DNA from: Dehalococcoidia bacterium
GTDB taxonomy: Bacteria > Chloroflexota > Dehalococcoidia > Bin125
NCBI GenBank assembly: GCA_963555985.3
Contig: OY820591.1
Location: 1,312,001-1,376,000 of the forward strand
Length of the DNA: 64,000 nucleotides
Direction: 5' to 3'
How positions within the stretch are numbered: the first letter of the stretch is position 1; each line of letters starts with the position of its first letter. A program made the translations under genes and the position numbers. The notes under the pieces were generated by a model. It had not been told where the DNA came from. It worked only from the letters and a program-made list of their open reading frames with translations, and ran no database searches. Positions 28,772 through 39,022 of this stretch are shown piece after piece.

Positions 28772-29788
28772 CTAGATGTCGCCCTCGGTCGGGCTGCTCA
28801 GTTCCGTGTCTTCGACAACCCACTTCAGTGGCTCGCCGTTGTGCAAACGAGTGAGGTTCTCAAGGAAGAAATCCGTCGTGCGCTGGTACGACGCATCCAC
28901 ATGACAGGAATCGTGCGGGGTGATGATGCAGTTGGGCAGATCCCAGAGCGGAGAGTCTTCCGCCAGCGGTTCGTACGGCGCAACGTCCAGTACCGCGCCG
29001 CCGATCTCGCCCTTGCGAAGCGCCTCCACAAGGGCGTCGTGATCGATCACGCGCCCTCGCGCCACGTTGATCAAGAGCGCATCCGACCTCATCGCGCTGA
29101 GCGTCGTCGTGTTGATCAGATTCAGCGTGGCGTCGGTCAGCGGACAACAGAGCACGACATAATCGCTGACGGCCAGCAGCTCGAAGAGCTGATCCGGGCC
29201 TAGATGGGTCGTCAGGTTCGGATCGTTCGGCGCTCGCCGCTTCGTCCCCACGGTCTTCATCTCGAACGCGACCGCACGCTTCGCAATCGCAGCGCCGATC
29301 GCGCCGTAGCCGACAATCCCCATCGTCTGTCCGGCCAGCTCCACCGACTCCAGCGGCTGCCAGCGATGGGCCGCCTGATTCGCGCGGTGTTCGGGCAAGA
29401 CCTTCGCGCGGCTCAAGATGTGCGCAAACACATACTCGGCGATCGGCCCGCCATGCACGCCGGGCGCATTCGTCAGCGTCGCGCCGGATGCGATCAGATC
29501 GGCATAGAAGGCATGATCAACGCCCGTGCTCGCCGTTTGCAGCCACGAAGGCGGACTTTCCTCCAACACCGTGATCAGCGAGCTCAGCGCCTCCGGCAGG
29601 TAGTACATGTCCTCCGACAGGAAGAATCCGTCCAGCTGTTCCGAATCGCCGCTCCACGATCCATCCGCCCGCAGAGTGATCAACTCTGCCGCGGGAGCAG
29701 CCGCGCGCAGAGCCGCCTCCGAGCGACTGACCAACTCTTCGGTGATCCCGATCCGCAATCGTGTGCTCGACACGGTGCTTCCCTCCAC
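28772..29788 (-). CDS. D-2-hydroxyacid dehydrogenase
   Basis: GIVGYGAIG, NVARG, LDV..EPL, ITPHDS. Confidence 0.93.
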   Translation of the reverse strand: MEGSTVSSTRLRIGITEELVSRSEAALRAAAPAAELITLRADGSWSGDSEQLDGFFLSEDMYYLPEALSSLITVLEESPPSWLQTASTGVDHAFYADLIASGATLTNAPGVHGGPIAEYVFAHILSRAKVLPEHRANQAAHRWQPLESVELAGQTMGIVGYGAIGAAIAKRAVAFEMKTVGTKRRAPNDPNLTTHLGPDQLFELLAVSDYVVLCCPLTDATLNLINTTTLSAMRSDALLINVARGRVIDHDALVEALRKGEIGGAVLDVAPYEPLAEDSPLWDLPNCIITPHDSCHVDASYQRTTDFFLENLTRLHNGEPLKWVVEDTELSSPTEGDI

Positions 29789-29844
29789 TCTCGCCGTTCA
29801 CGATCAGAGCGCGCATCAACTGCTGCTAGGGTAAGGCCGCGCCG

Positions 29845-31170
29845 ATGAGCGTTCCCGAACTGCCTCCGTCCGACCGAGCGCCGATCCCGCCGCCGCGCGG
29901 TGAACTCCCCGTGCTGCTCCGACGCGGACTCTTGAGTCGCGTCTTCGCCGGCTGGTGGATCGCGGCCGCGGCCTCCATGTCCTCGTTCGCGGCAGTCTCG
30001 TTTTTCAATCCGGTACTCGGCGCAGTCACGCCCGAGCTGCAAGCCGAATACGGCTGGAGCACCGCCTCAATCGGACTGACCATGCTGATTGGCGGCGTCG
30101 GCGGCGGCGCGATCGCCACTTTCGTCGGCCCGTTCGCCGACCGCTACGGCGCGCGCTGGCTCCTGGTCGGCTCGGTCGGAGTGGTTGCCGGCCTACTGGT
30201 GGGACTCGGATTCATCTCCGAGTTGTGGCATTTCCTCCTGCTCTGGGGTCTGGGGCGAGGACTCACCGTCGCCGTAATCGACATTGCGGTAGTCGTCGTG
30301 ATCGCCAACTGGTTTATCCGCCGACGCGGTTCCGCGATGGGTATGACCATGGTCGGCACCCGCGGCGGAATGATGATCTTCCCGCTCGTGATCTCAGCCG
30401 GAATCTGGCTTGGCGGACTGCGCGAAGCCTTCCTGCTCATGGCCCTGCTCGTGCTCGTGGTCGGGTTGCTGCCGCCCCTGATCATGCGCCGCCGACCGGA
30501 GGACGTCGGACTGCGCCCGGACGGTCAGTCTGCCGGCGCATCGGTCACGACGGGCGAAGGCGCATCCGCGCTCGCGGCGGATCCCGACTGGACAGTCCGC
30601 GAAGCGATCCGTACCCGCGCCTTCTGGTTGCTGCTCTTCGGCACGACGATCCTGATGGCCGTCAGCGGCTCGGTGAACTTCACCTTCGTTTCCCACATGA
30701 CCCAAAACGGGATCAGCGCCGACACCGCCCGCACCGCACTCGCGCTCTGGGCCGGCATGGGCATCATCGGCGGCGTGCTCGGCGGAGAATTGCGCCAACG
30801 ACTCGCTGTGCGCTATTCGCTCCCGCTCGTGATCCTGATCACCACCAGCGCGCTGGTCTGGTTCGTCCTCACCGACAGCGTTTGGATGGCCTTCGTCTTC
30901 GCCGTCTGGCACGGACTCTCCTTCGGGGCGCAACTGCCCCTCAATCGCATCTCTTTCCCCGACTACTTCGGCCGCTACTCAGTCGGTCGAATCCGCGGCG
31001 TCACCGCCCCACCCCAGCTACTGATCAACGCCTTCGGCCCCTTCATCTCCGGCCTCGTCATCGACAACCGAGGCTCCTACGACCTCATCTACATCGTCTT
31101 CATCGGCCTGCTCCTCAGCGCCGCCCTCAGCGTGCTGCTGGCGAGGCATCCCGACCCGCCAAGCAGATAG
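29845..31170 (+). CDS. MFS transporter (OFA/MCT-like)
   Basis: GPFADRYGAR, NWFIRRRG, DYFGR. Confidence 0.9.
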   Translation: MSVPELPPSDRAPIPPPRGELPVLLRRGLLSRVFAGWWIAAAASMSSFAAVSFFNPVLGAVTPELQAEYGWSTASIGLTMLIGGVGGGAIATFVGPFADRYGARWLLVGSVGVVAGLLVGLGFISELWHFLLLWGLGRGLTVAVIDIAVVVVIANWFIRRRGSAMGMTMVGTRGGMMIFPLVISAGIWLGGLREAFLLMALLVLVVGLLPPLIMRRRPEDVGLRPDGQSAGASVTTGEGASALAADPDWTVREAIRTRAFWLLLFGTTILMAVSGSVNFTFVSHMTQNGISADTARTALALWAGMGIIGGVLGGELRQRLAVRYSLPLVILITTSALVWFVLTDSVWMAFVFAVWHGLSFGAQLPLNRISFPDYFGRYSVGRIRGVTAPPQLLINAFGPFISGLVIDNRGSYDLIYIVFIGLLLSAALSVLLARHPDPPSR

Positions 31171-31171
31171 T

Positions 31172-32848
31172 ATGGCGAACCGGGAGGCGGCCAGCTCAAG
31201 CTCTCAGGGAAAATCGGCAATGGCTCGAGTCGTTGCAACCCTTGCCATCGGCCTCCTGACAACATTCGCCTACCTCTCCGTTGATCCCGCACAGGCCGCG
31301 GATAGGTCTGTGATCCGCTTGCATCCAGGCCAGAACGTCCTCACCTGGAACAGCGCGGAGCCCTACCCGATCACCGCATTCGCCGACACGCCCGTCACGC
31401 AGATCCATCGTTGGGATGCGGTCAGGCAAGAGTGGCTGTCGCACTTCCCGGGTCAGGAAGGCGCGACCCTGCCGGAGCTGCATCTGCTGCCCCGTGTGCA
31501 GTACTTGCTCTTCGCCGAAGCCAAGCATGAGCTTGACGTGCCCGATCCGATTGCGGAGATCGATCCGCACGCTGAATTGCGCCTGGCTGAGCCACCGAAT
31601 GATCCGCTTCGCTTCGAGGCCTGGTGGCCCAACAAAGACAGCCCGCTGGAAGACCTGATCCTGCTGCGTCCCGACGACGAGCGACTCTCGGTCAAGGCAG
31701 AGGTCGCCGGAGGCGTCGGAGCGGTTGAGGTGTACTGGGTCTTGGACGGTCGGCTGAATCATCAGGGGCTGGCGTCGGACGATGTCGAGTTGCTGACGGG
31801 TAAGCACGACGACGGGCGGTTGTATGCGGTCGACGGGTCGGGGCAGATATCCGTGACCAAATTGCCACGTGTGGTGAAGCTTCCGCCGTTGGAGTTGCCG
31901 GAGATGGTCTACGGCATAAGCGCGCACTTGCCGAGAAGTTATGAGTGGTACACATGGGGAATGGCCGGGGAGGCCATGGACTTGATTCGAGATGCGGGCC
32001 TGCAGTTGGTTCGTTTCGGCCTGAACTGGAATTCGGTTGAGACCGCTCCTGGTGAACTTCACGATGGCTGGCTCGATCGATACCAGCGCCTGTTCGACAT
32101 GTTGGACGAACGCGGGTTGATGGCGATGCCGATTATCTACAACGGATCGCCCGCTTGGGCGAACGGTTGTATACCGCCCAATCCATTCGTTCCAGATTGG
32201 TGGCGTGAGTGCTGGTCGGCTCCTGCACGTGATGAGAAACTGGTGCAATCGTGGGGCAGGTTTGCTGCTTCCCGGTTTCCTGAAATCCGCTACTGGCAGG
32301 TCGGTAACGAGCCTAATCTGGACTTCTTCTGGTCGGGCATCGATCCGAAACTCTACGCTGACCACCTCAAGGCCATCGCGCTTGGCATCTGGTATGAGAA
32401 TCCGGACGCGATCATCATCGCCGCTGGCATCTGCTGCAACGGCCTCGAATTCTTCACGCAGTTGTACGAGTTCGGCTTTGGGCTCTACCACGACGTCAAC
32501 GCGATTCACTACCCGTATACCGAGCAGCCTTCGCAGTTCCTCGGCAAGTACCTGGCGGTCATGAGAGATTACGGTGACGCCGGGCGACCCATCTGGAGCT
32601 CAGAGATGGGAGCGCCCTTCACGGACGACAGCAGACATCAGGCACTCTTGATCGAGGAGGAGCTTGCCTGGTTGACTAGCCGTGCCGAGGTGCGGGCGGC
32701 GTTCGTCTATAACTTCTGGGATCATGGTCAGCGTGAACCTCCTCCGTACTCCGGTCTCGTGCTGCGCGAGTACGACGAGGGCTTCACGCCAAAGGCGTCG
32801 TACTGGGCCGTCCGCGAGTTCCTGACCAGGCAGCCCAAACCGGACTGA
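31172..32848 (+). CDS. Secreted clan GH-A glycoside hydrolase (GH5/GH39-like) with N-terminal accessory modules
   Basis: Signal peptide ending AQA; acid/base WQVGNEPN; nucleophile PIWSSEMG; start may be 31220. Confidence 0.82.
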   Translation: MANREAASSSSQGKSAMARVVATLAIGLLTTFAYLSVDPAQAADRSVIRLHPGQNVLTWNSAEPYPITAFADTPVTQIHRWDAVRQEWLSHFPGQEGATLPELHLLPRVQYLLFAEAKHELDVPDPIAEIDPHAELRLAEPPNDPLRFEAWWPNKDSPLEDLILLRPDDERLSVKAEVAGGVGAVEVYWVLDGRLNHQGLASDDVELLTGKHDDGRLYAVDGSGQISVTKLPRVVKLPPLELPEMVYGISAHLPRSYEWYTWGMAGEAMDLIRDAGLQLVRFGLNWNSVETAPGELHDGWLDRYQRLFDMLDERGLMAMPIIYNGSPAWANGCIPPNPFVPDWWRECWSAPARDEKLVQSWGRFAASRFPEIRYWQVGNEPNLDFFWSGIDPKLYADHLKAIALGIWYENPDAIIIAAGICCNGLEFFTQLYEFGFGLYHDVNAIHYPYTEQPSQFLGKYLAVMRDYGDAGRPIWSSEMGAPFTDDSRHQALLIEEELAWLTSRAEVRAAFVYNFWDHGQREPPPYSGLVLREYDEGFTPKASYWAVREFLTRQPKPD

Positions 32849-32854
32849 GCAGAC

Positions 32855-33478
32855 CTACTCGTCGGCCGCCGACTGCTCTCTCGAAGATTGATCGGCAGGG
32901 GTCGGCGGCCGCCCGAAGATATCTGCCAGGTCGCAGCGGAAGCCGGGTAGGACGTCTCCGCCGTCGAGTGTGTCGGGTTCCGCCACGGTTACTGTCTCGG
33001 TGTCCGATCGATAGATGTCTACCGACCGAGTGTCGGGCAGGACGACCCAGACCATGTCCACGCCGGCGTTGAGCCACATGAGGGCCTTGTCGTGGAGTTG
33101 GTTCACACGGTCACTTGGCGACTTCACTTCCACAACCAGACTGGGCGCCACTTCGAAGTAGCCGGTCACGCGTTCTGTGGGTGATAGCCGCTCTGTGAGA
33201 AACAGCGACACATCAGGGGCCCGAACCGTGTCCGGATCACGATCGACGATTACACCGCCGTCCGTGAAGACGCGACCTCTCTGTTCGTTAGCCGCCACTG
33301 CTCTGAGCAGGCTCACAAGCCTCCCTGCGATTTCGGAGTGTTCTCCACTTGGAGGAGGCATTTCGCACAACTCTCCTCGAATCAGTTCACTTCGAAGGTC
33401 GTCTTGAGACATCCGCAGCAACTCCTCAGCTGTGACGAGCTTCGGAGGAGCTGAACGAGGGGGTTGTGCAGTGACCAT
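32855..33478 (-). CDS. Uma2 family endonuclease
   Basis: ELIRGEL..MPPP..H, RAPDVS, PSLVVEVKSPSD, LPGF. Confidence 0.93.
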   Translation of the reverse strand: MVTAQPPRSAPPKLVTAEELLRMSQDDLRSELIRGELCEMPPPSGEHSEIAGRLVSLLRAVAANEQRGRVFTDGGVIVDRDPDTVRAPDVSLFLTERLSPTERVTGYFEVAPSLVVEVKSPSDRVNQLHDKALMWLNAGVDMVWVVLPDTRSVDIYRSDTETVTVAEPDTLDGGDVLPGFRCDLADIFGRPPTPADQSSREQSAADE

Positions 33479-33487
33479 GCGACCATC

Positions 33488-34690
33488 CTAGGCGTTTGCG
33501 AGGATGAGGGTGCCGGCCGAGGCGAACATCCCACCCGGACCGTGCGCCATGCTCACGTTCACGTTCGGTACCTGACGCTCGCCGCACTCCCCGCGCAACT
33601 GCCGCACCGACTCGATGATCGCGAACATGCCGTACATCCCGGTGTGGCAGTAGGAAAGTCCGCCGCCGTTGGTGTTCATGGGGAAGTCGCCGCCCGGGCC
33701 GGACTTGTAGATCACCTCGCCGTCGGGGCCGGTCTTGGTCTCGGCGAAGAACGGGCCGCCCTCGCCCTTGGGCACGAAGCCGAGGTCCTCAGCCGCCATC
33801 AGCGGCGTGAAGGTGAAGGCGTCGTAGAACATGCAGTGGTCGATGTCTTGCGGGCCCAGACCGGCGCTCTTGTAGGCGGCCTCACCCGCGATCCGGTAGC
33901 CGTCGGCCGTGGTCTGATCCCGCATCTGCGAGACCATCCAGTGCGCCGCCGCCTCGCCCGCGCCCAGCACGTAGACCGGATCTTTGGCGTAGTCGCGCGC
34001 GCGCTCTTCCGAGACCAGCACCAGCGCCCCGCCGCCGTCCGCCACCACGCAGCAGTCGAGCAGGTTGAACGGGTAGCAGATCATCCGCGAGTTGAGCACG
34101 TCCTGAGGCGTAATCGGTCCGCCGCCGCGCTCGGGCGCGCGCCGGTGAATGCCCATCATCGCCATCGGGTTCAGGTTGGCCCACGCGCGAGTCGCGGCGG
34201 CGATGTGCGCCAAGTGCTCTTTGGTCGTCCCGTACTGGTGGAAGTGGCGCAGCACCGGAATCGAGAACGTCGTCGGCGCGCCGCCGATCGCGAAGGGCGC
34301 CTCGTACTGGCCGCCCGGAGACGACGCTGACCCGCCGCGCGGGGCATCCACACCGGAGCGTCCGCTCTCACCATGCGTGACCAGCGCTACGTCGCAATAG
34401 CCGGCCATGATCGCAGCGACGGCGTGGCGAACGTGAATCATGAACGAGCAGCCGCCGACGGAAGTCCCGTCGATGTAGCGGGGCTGGATCCCCAGGTATT
34501 CGGCCACCTCGTTGGGGATCGCGCCGGCGCAGAGCAGGCCATCAACGTCTGCGAGCGAAATGCCGGCGTCGTCGAGCGCGTTCTTGGCCGCTTGCGCGTG
34601 CAGTGTCAGCCGCGACAGGTGAGGCATCCGGCCTAGGTCGTCGGTTTCGGCAGCGCCGACGATCGCGACCTTGTGTCGAATCTGATCCAT
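33488..34690 (-). CDS. Thiolase-like (SCP-x type) protein
   Basis: VGGCS, LLDCCVVADGG, YDAFT, NTNGGGLS. Confidence 0.93.
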   Translation of the reverse strand: MDQIRHKVAIVGAAETDDLGRMPHLSRLTLHAQAAKNALDDAGISLADVDGLLCAGAIPNEVAEYLGIQPRYIDGTSVGGCSFMIHVRHAVAAIMAGYCDVALVTHGESGRSGVDAPRGGSASSPGGQYEAPFAIGGAPTTFSIPVLRHFHQYGTTKEHLAHIAAATRAWANLNPMAMMGIHRRAPERGGGPITPQDVLNSRMICYPFNLLDCCVVADGGGALVLVSEERARDYAKDPVYVLGAGEAAAHWMVSQMRDQTTADGYRIAGEAAYKSAGLGPQDIDHCMFYDAFTFTPLMAAEDLGFVPKGEGGPFFAETKTGPDGEVIYKSGPGGDFPMNTNGGGLSYCHTGMYGMFAIIESVRQLRGECGERQVPNVNVSMAHGPGGMFASAGTLILANA

Positions 34691-34729
34691 GAGGGAACTC
34701 CGTTTCGGGAAAAGGCTGGTTGGCGGCGC

Positions 34730-35146
34730 TTAGACAGGCTTGAACTTGGGCAGCGTGACTTCATCGGTCACGTCGTCAAAGACGATCTCCACGTCCATCT
34801 CGACCTCGGTCGCGTACGGATCGTCAATGATCAGGTTGGACATCATCCGAGGTCCCTCTGCCAGCTCAATCACCGCGATCACGTACGGCGGAGCGTTCTC
34901 CGGCGTGTTGTGCGGCGGAATCGGCTGATGCGAGATCACGAACGTGTGCACCTTGCCCTTGCCGGAAGCCTGGGTCCACTTGATGTCCCAGTTGAAGCAC
35001 GCGGGCGTCGGGCAGAAGGGTCGTGGATAGAAGTGGGGACCGCAATCATCGCAGGTGGGCAGCATGAGCTTGTGCTCTTTGAGACCGTCCCAGTAGGGCT
35101 GTGACTCAGGCGTCGGCACTGGCAGTCTGCCGGTGTAGTCGGCCAT
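34730..35146 (-). CDS. Zn-ribbon/OB-fold (DUF35) protein
   Basis: CDDC..YPRPFCP..C, ELAEGPRMMSN; adjacent to thiolase. Confidence 0.93.
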   Translation of the reverse strand: MADYTGRLPVPTPESQPYWDGLKEHKLMLPTCDDCGPHFYPRPFCPTPACFNWDIKWTQASGKGKVHTFVISHQPIPPHNTPENAPPYVIAVIELAEGPRMMSNLIIDDPYATEVEMDVEIVFDDVTDEVTLPKFKPV

Positions 35147-35228
35147 TCTGTGCTCCTTTTCCGCCGCCTGATCTCAATCCAGCGCGGCGCTGATCGATGT
35201 CAACGGCGATGCTACACGACGCCTTCGC

Positions 35229-35840
35229 TCAATGCCCTGAGCGCCGCCGCGATTCTCGCTCGATCCAAGCGGTCTCCAGCTTCGATTTCGCCTCAGTCCA
35301 GAGCGATGCCGTCCCGCGCCGCTGACGCGCCGTCTCTGCCAGGATCACCGCCGCGGCTACAGAGACGTTGAGGCTCTGCGCGAATCCCCGCATCGGGATG
35401 ATCACCGCGCCGTCAGCCAGCGCCACCATCTCATCCGAGCAACCCGCGTGCTCATTCCCCAGAACGATTGCGGACGGCTCGCGCCAGTCGATGGTCAGGT
35501 AATCCTCCGCCTCGTCCGTCAAGCGCGTCGCGTAGACCTTGATTCCCTCGTCATGCAGCGCCTCCACGCAGGCTTCTGCGCTGTCGTAGCGCTCGAGCTG
35601 GAGCCATTTCTCGACTTGGGCGGCAACGCCGCGCGAGATCTCGGGAAACACCTGGTTCGTGTACACGAGCGCAACCCGGCCCACGCCGAAGGCGTCGCAG
35701 GAGCGCAGAATCGCCGATGCATTGTGCGGATCGTGGATGTTCTCCAACACCACCACAAGGTCATCGTGGCGTCGTTCAAGCACCTCATGCATTCGCTGCA
35801 AGCGACGAGCCGTGATTGGCCGTTGGTAAGAGTCGCTCAA
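35229..35840 (-). CDS. trmH: tRNA (Gm18) 2'-O-methyltransferase
   Basis: ENIHDPHNASAILRSCDAFG, GNEHAG, IPMRGFAQSLNVSVA. Confidence 0.88.
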   Translation of the reverse strand: MSDSYQRPITARRLQRMHEVLERRHDDLVVVLENIHDPHNASAILRSCDAFGVGRVALVYTNQVFPEISRGVAAQVEKWLQLERYDSAEACVEALHDEGIKVYATRLTDEAEDYLTIDWREPSAIVLGNEHAGCSDEMVALADGAVIIPMRGFAQSLNVSVAAAVILAETARQRRGTASLWTEAKSKLETAWIERESRRRSGH

Positions 35841-35856
35841 GCGCTAGAACCTGCCG

Positions 35857-37647
35857 CTAGACCGCGCACTCACCCTCCCCTCGCTGGAGGATGTAGATGT
35901 CGTCGCGATCCCAGTCGATGAACATCGGCAGAGTGTCGGCCGAGAATTCCGGCGGCAGCATCAAGTCGCCGACTACTTCCTGAATCGGCGACATGCCCAC
36001 GCGATCGATCCAGGCGCTGAACAGCTCTTCGTCCCCATCGCGGTCGGAGTGGTAGAGGTCGATCACACGCTCGACGGCATCGGGCACGCGCTTAGCCGGA
36101 ATCCGCACGCGCGGCACGAGCTTGCCCAAGCGCATCTCTGTCGTCCGGTACGTACCCCCGACGAACATGTGATACGCCGGAATCTGTCGCGCGCCGACCT
36201 TGATCGCCGCGCCGTGGAAACCGATGTCGGCGATGTGGTGTTGTCCGCACGAGTTCGGGCAGCCGCTCATGTGGATCCGCATCTTGCGCGTCAGCGGATC
36301 GTCAATCGCCATCGCGCGGACGCGCTCCTGCACTGCGCGGTTGAGTCCCATCGACGAGGTGATGCCGAGCTTGCAGCTGTCGGTGCCGGGGCAGGAAACG
36401 ACGTCCTCGATCTCTTGGGCGTCCGCTGCGCCCATGCCGAGCGCATCCAACTCTCGCCAGACGGCGTAGACGCACTCGTTCGGAATCCAGCGCAGCACGA
36501 CATTCTGCTGCGGCGTGGTGCGCGCCCGCTCACGGCCGTACTTGCGCAGGATGTCGGCGAGACCGCGGAACTGCTCCGGAGTGAGGTCGCCCTGGTCGAT
36601 CGAAGCCTCAACGGCTGAGTAACCCTCCTGGACCTGGGGCCGCACATTAGCGGCGAGGAAGCGCTCGAATGCTGCCCGGTCGCCGTTTGGACTCGGAGGC
36701 GCGACTGGCATCGGGCGCTCGTCCGCTTCCTCGTCATCGAGGTAAAGCAGCTCCTCAAGCGGCGGCGATTCCTGCGCCCAGCCCTTCTTCAGTTCCTCTT
36801 CCACCATCGCCCGGAATTCTTCCTCACCCACACGGTGGACAAGGAACTTCAGCCGTGCCTTGAGGATGTTCTTGCGCAGCTCGTCAGCCGCGTTGAAGGT
36901 CCGGATCACAGCCTCGGAAACGCGCAGAAACTCGCTCATCGGCACGAAATCGGCCAACAGCAGTGCCTCCTTGGCCGCCGTCGAGAGACCGCCGCCGACC
37001 ATCACGCGGAAGCCGCGCACCTCTTCGCCGTCGATCTCACGCACCTGCGCGAAAAAGGCGAGGTCGTGAATCGCGGCGATCGCGGAATCCTCTTCGCGCC
37101 CGGTGAAATACACCTTGAACTTGCGCGGCAGCAACTGCGTAATCGCATTCCGCACCCAATAGCGCACGAACGCCCCCGCATACGGGGTCGGATCGAAGAC
37201 CTCGTTCTCCGAAATCCCCGCCCAGGGATCGGCCGTCACGTTGCGCACGGTGTTCCCGCACGCTTCGCGCGACGAGAGGCCAGCCTTGCCCAGCACGCGC
37301 AGCATGTCCGGCATCTGGTCGAGCGGGACGAAGTGCACCTGAATGTTCTGGCGTGTGGTGATGTGGCCTTTGCGCAGGGGCGCGAAGGTCTCGGTGATCT
37401 CGGCGAAACAGTCGAGCTGATCCGAGGTCACGCCGCCCATCGGCAGCTTGATCCGGTTCATATGCACGTCCGCTTGGCGCTGGCCGTACACACCCTGGCG
37501 CAGCCGGTAGAGCATGAACTCGGTCTCGTCGCGCCGCTCTGCGCGAAACGCCGTCGCTTCCGTTTCGAAATCGTCGAGTTCGCCGTCCCAGATCGGAATG
37601 ACGACTCCAGGGTCATCCCGCCGAGTGGCCGACAGAGGTTCAGTCAT
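35857..37647 (-). CDS. Siroheme/[4Fe-4S] sulfite or nitrite reductase (Sir/NirA-like)
   Basis: TTRQNIQ, LPRKFK, SCPGTDSC..GCPNSCGQH. Confidence 0.93.
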   Translation of the reverse strand: MTEPLSATRRDDPGVVIPIWDGELDDFETEATAFRAERRDETEFMLYRLRQGVYGQRQADVHMNRIKLPMGGVTSDQLDCFAEITETFAPLRKGHITTRQNIQVHFVPLDQMPDMLRVLGKAGLSSREACGNTVRNVTADPWAGISENEVFDPTPYAGAFVRYWVRNAITQLLPRKFKVYFTGREEDSAIAAIHDLAFFAQVREIDGEEVRGFRVMVGGGLSTAAKEALLLADFVPMSEFLRVSEAVIRTFNAADELRKNILKARLKFLVHRVGEEEFRAMVEEELKKGWAQESPPLEELLYLDDEEADERPMPVAPPSPNGDRAAFERFLAANVRPQVQEGYSAVEASIDQGDLTPEQFRGLADILRKYGRERARTTPQQNVVLRWIPNECVYAVWRELDALGMGAADAQEIEDVVSCPGTDSCKLGITSSMGLNRAVQERVRAMAIDDPLTRKMRIHMSGCPNSCGQHHIADIGFHGAAIKVGARQIPAYHMFVGGTYRTTEMRLGKLVPRVRIPAKRVPDAVERVIDLYHSDRDGDEELFSAWIDRVGMSPIQEVVGDLMLPPEFSADTLPMFIDWDRDDIYILQRGEGECAV

Positions 37648-37665
37648 AATCCAGCTCCCGCCTCA

Positions 37666-37688
37666 AATCTGACCTATACAGTCAGAAT
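37666..37688. promoter_or_regulatory. Palindromic operator, Rrf2 (IscR/CymR)-like
   Basis: TCTGAC-N7-GTCAGA about 20 bp upstream of the reductase start. Confidence 0.55.
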
Positions 37689-37748
37689 GGTACAGAATCC
37701 CCTCACTACCGGCTGAAACGTGCGCGAGAGCAGGGGAGACCTCTCTCC

Positions 37749-39014
37749 TCAATGTCCAAGCTCAAGTGACGGGTCAATCCGCACCGCGCGCTGCTGTTGG
37801 GCCGCTGCCCGTTCGGATCCAGCCCGCGCGCGAACGGTCGCCAACGGTTCGGGCGCACGCAAGCGTTCGCTGTTCCGCATGACAAGCTCCAGCAACGGTC
37901 GCGCATCTTGGGGACGCGGCGAACCGAAGCGCGTGATGATGTCCTCAGTCTCCGCTCGCCACACTTGCTTGCGGGAGCCGAAGCTCGGTTTGCCGGGCGA
38001 GTGTTTGGCCACTGCGCGACCCTCGTACTCGACCAACTTGTAAGCGGCGTCCAGCGCGCCCACGCTCCCACCCGTCACGACCGCTGTCCCACAGGCGAAC
38101 GCATCGATTGGCGCTCCGCTAGCCACAAGCGACGCAATCCGATCCTCGTCTAGACCGCCGCTCGCGACGATGCGCACGTGGGTCAGGCCGGCGTCATCCA
38201 GCCGTCGCCGCGCGCCGAACGCCGCCGCCGTCAGGTCCCCGGAATCGATGCGGATTGCTCCAACGGATTTCGGTCCGAGTTCTCGCGCTACGGCGACGAC
38301 GCGTTCAACCCCGCCCGCCGTGTCGTAGGTATCGACCAGCAGCGTCGTCCCCGCGTAGCGTTGCGAGAAGCGCCGAAAAGCGTCCAGTTCGTCCGTGTGA
38401 ATCAGCACGTAGCTGTGCGCCATCGTGCCGATCACCGGCAGCCCGAAGCGGCGTCCCGCCTCAACCGACGATGTGGCCTCAAATCCGGCGATGTAGGCCG
38501 CTCGCGCCGCTTGCAGAGCGGCGTCCTCACCGTGCGCGCGACGCCCCCCGAATTCGAAGAGCGGCCGCCCAGCCGCAGCATCAACCACACGCGCCGCTTT
38601 GCTGGCGACAAGTGTGGCGAAGGCAACCTGATTCATTAGCGCCGTTTCGACGATCTGGCCTGCGGGCAGCGGAGCGACGATCTGAAGCACCGGTTCCGGC
38701 GGATAGACGACCGTCCCTTCAGCGACTGCCCAGGCCTCGCCCCTGAACCGAAACTCCGCCAGCCGCTCGAGAAACTCCGCGTCGAACTGCGGCAACGTTT
38801 CGAGATACGCCAAGTCGTCGGAGGAGAACTCCATCGCCTCGAGAAAATCGAGCGCCCGCTCCAGGCCGGCGACCAGCAGATAGTCCCAACCCGCCGGTAG
38901 TTCGCGCAGCGCGAGCTCAAACACGGCCTGGCCCGTCTGACCCTGCTCGTAGTAGACCTGCGCCATCGTCAGCTCGTACAGGTCGGTGAACAATGCTGAC
39001 AGTGGACTGGTCAC
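37749..39014 (-). CDS. pncB: Nicotinate phosphoribosyltransferase
   Basis: LFTDLYELTM, EFGGRRAHG, GTMAHS, LVDTYD, IRIDSGD. Confidence 0.96.
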   Translation of the reverse strand: MTSPLSALFTDLYELTMAQVYYEQGQTGQAVFELALRELPAGWDYLLVAGLERALDFLEAMEFSSDDLAYLETLPQFDAEFLERLAEFRFRGEAWAVAEGTVVYPPEPVLQIVAPLPAGQIVETALMNQVAFATLVASKAARVVDAAAGRPLFEFGGRRAHGEDAALQAARAAYIAGFEATSSVEAGRRFGLPVIGTMAHSYVLIHTDELDAFRRFSQRYAGTTLLVDTYDTAGGVERVVAVARELGPKSVGAIRIDSGDLTAAAFGARRRLDDAGLTHVRIVASGGLDEDRIASLVASGAPIDAFACGTAVVTGGSVGALDAAYKLVEYEGRAVAKHSPGKPSFGSRKQVWRAETEDIITRFGSPRPQDARPLLELVMRNSERLRAPEPLATVRARAGSERAAAQQQRAVRIDPSLELGH

Positions 39015-39022
39015 ACCGGGCC

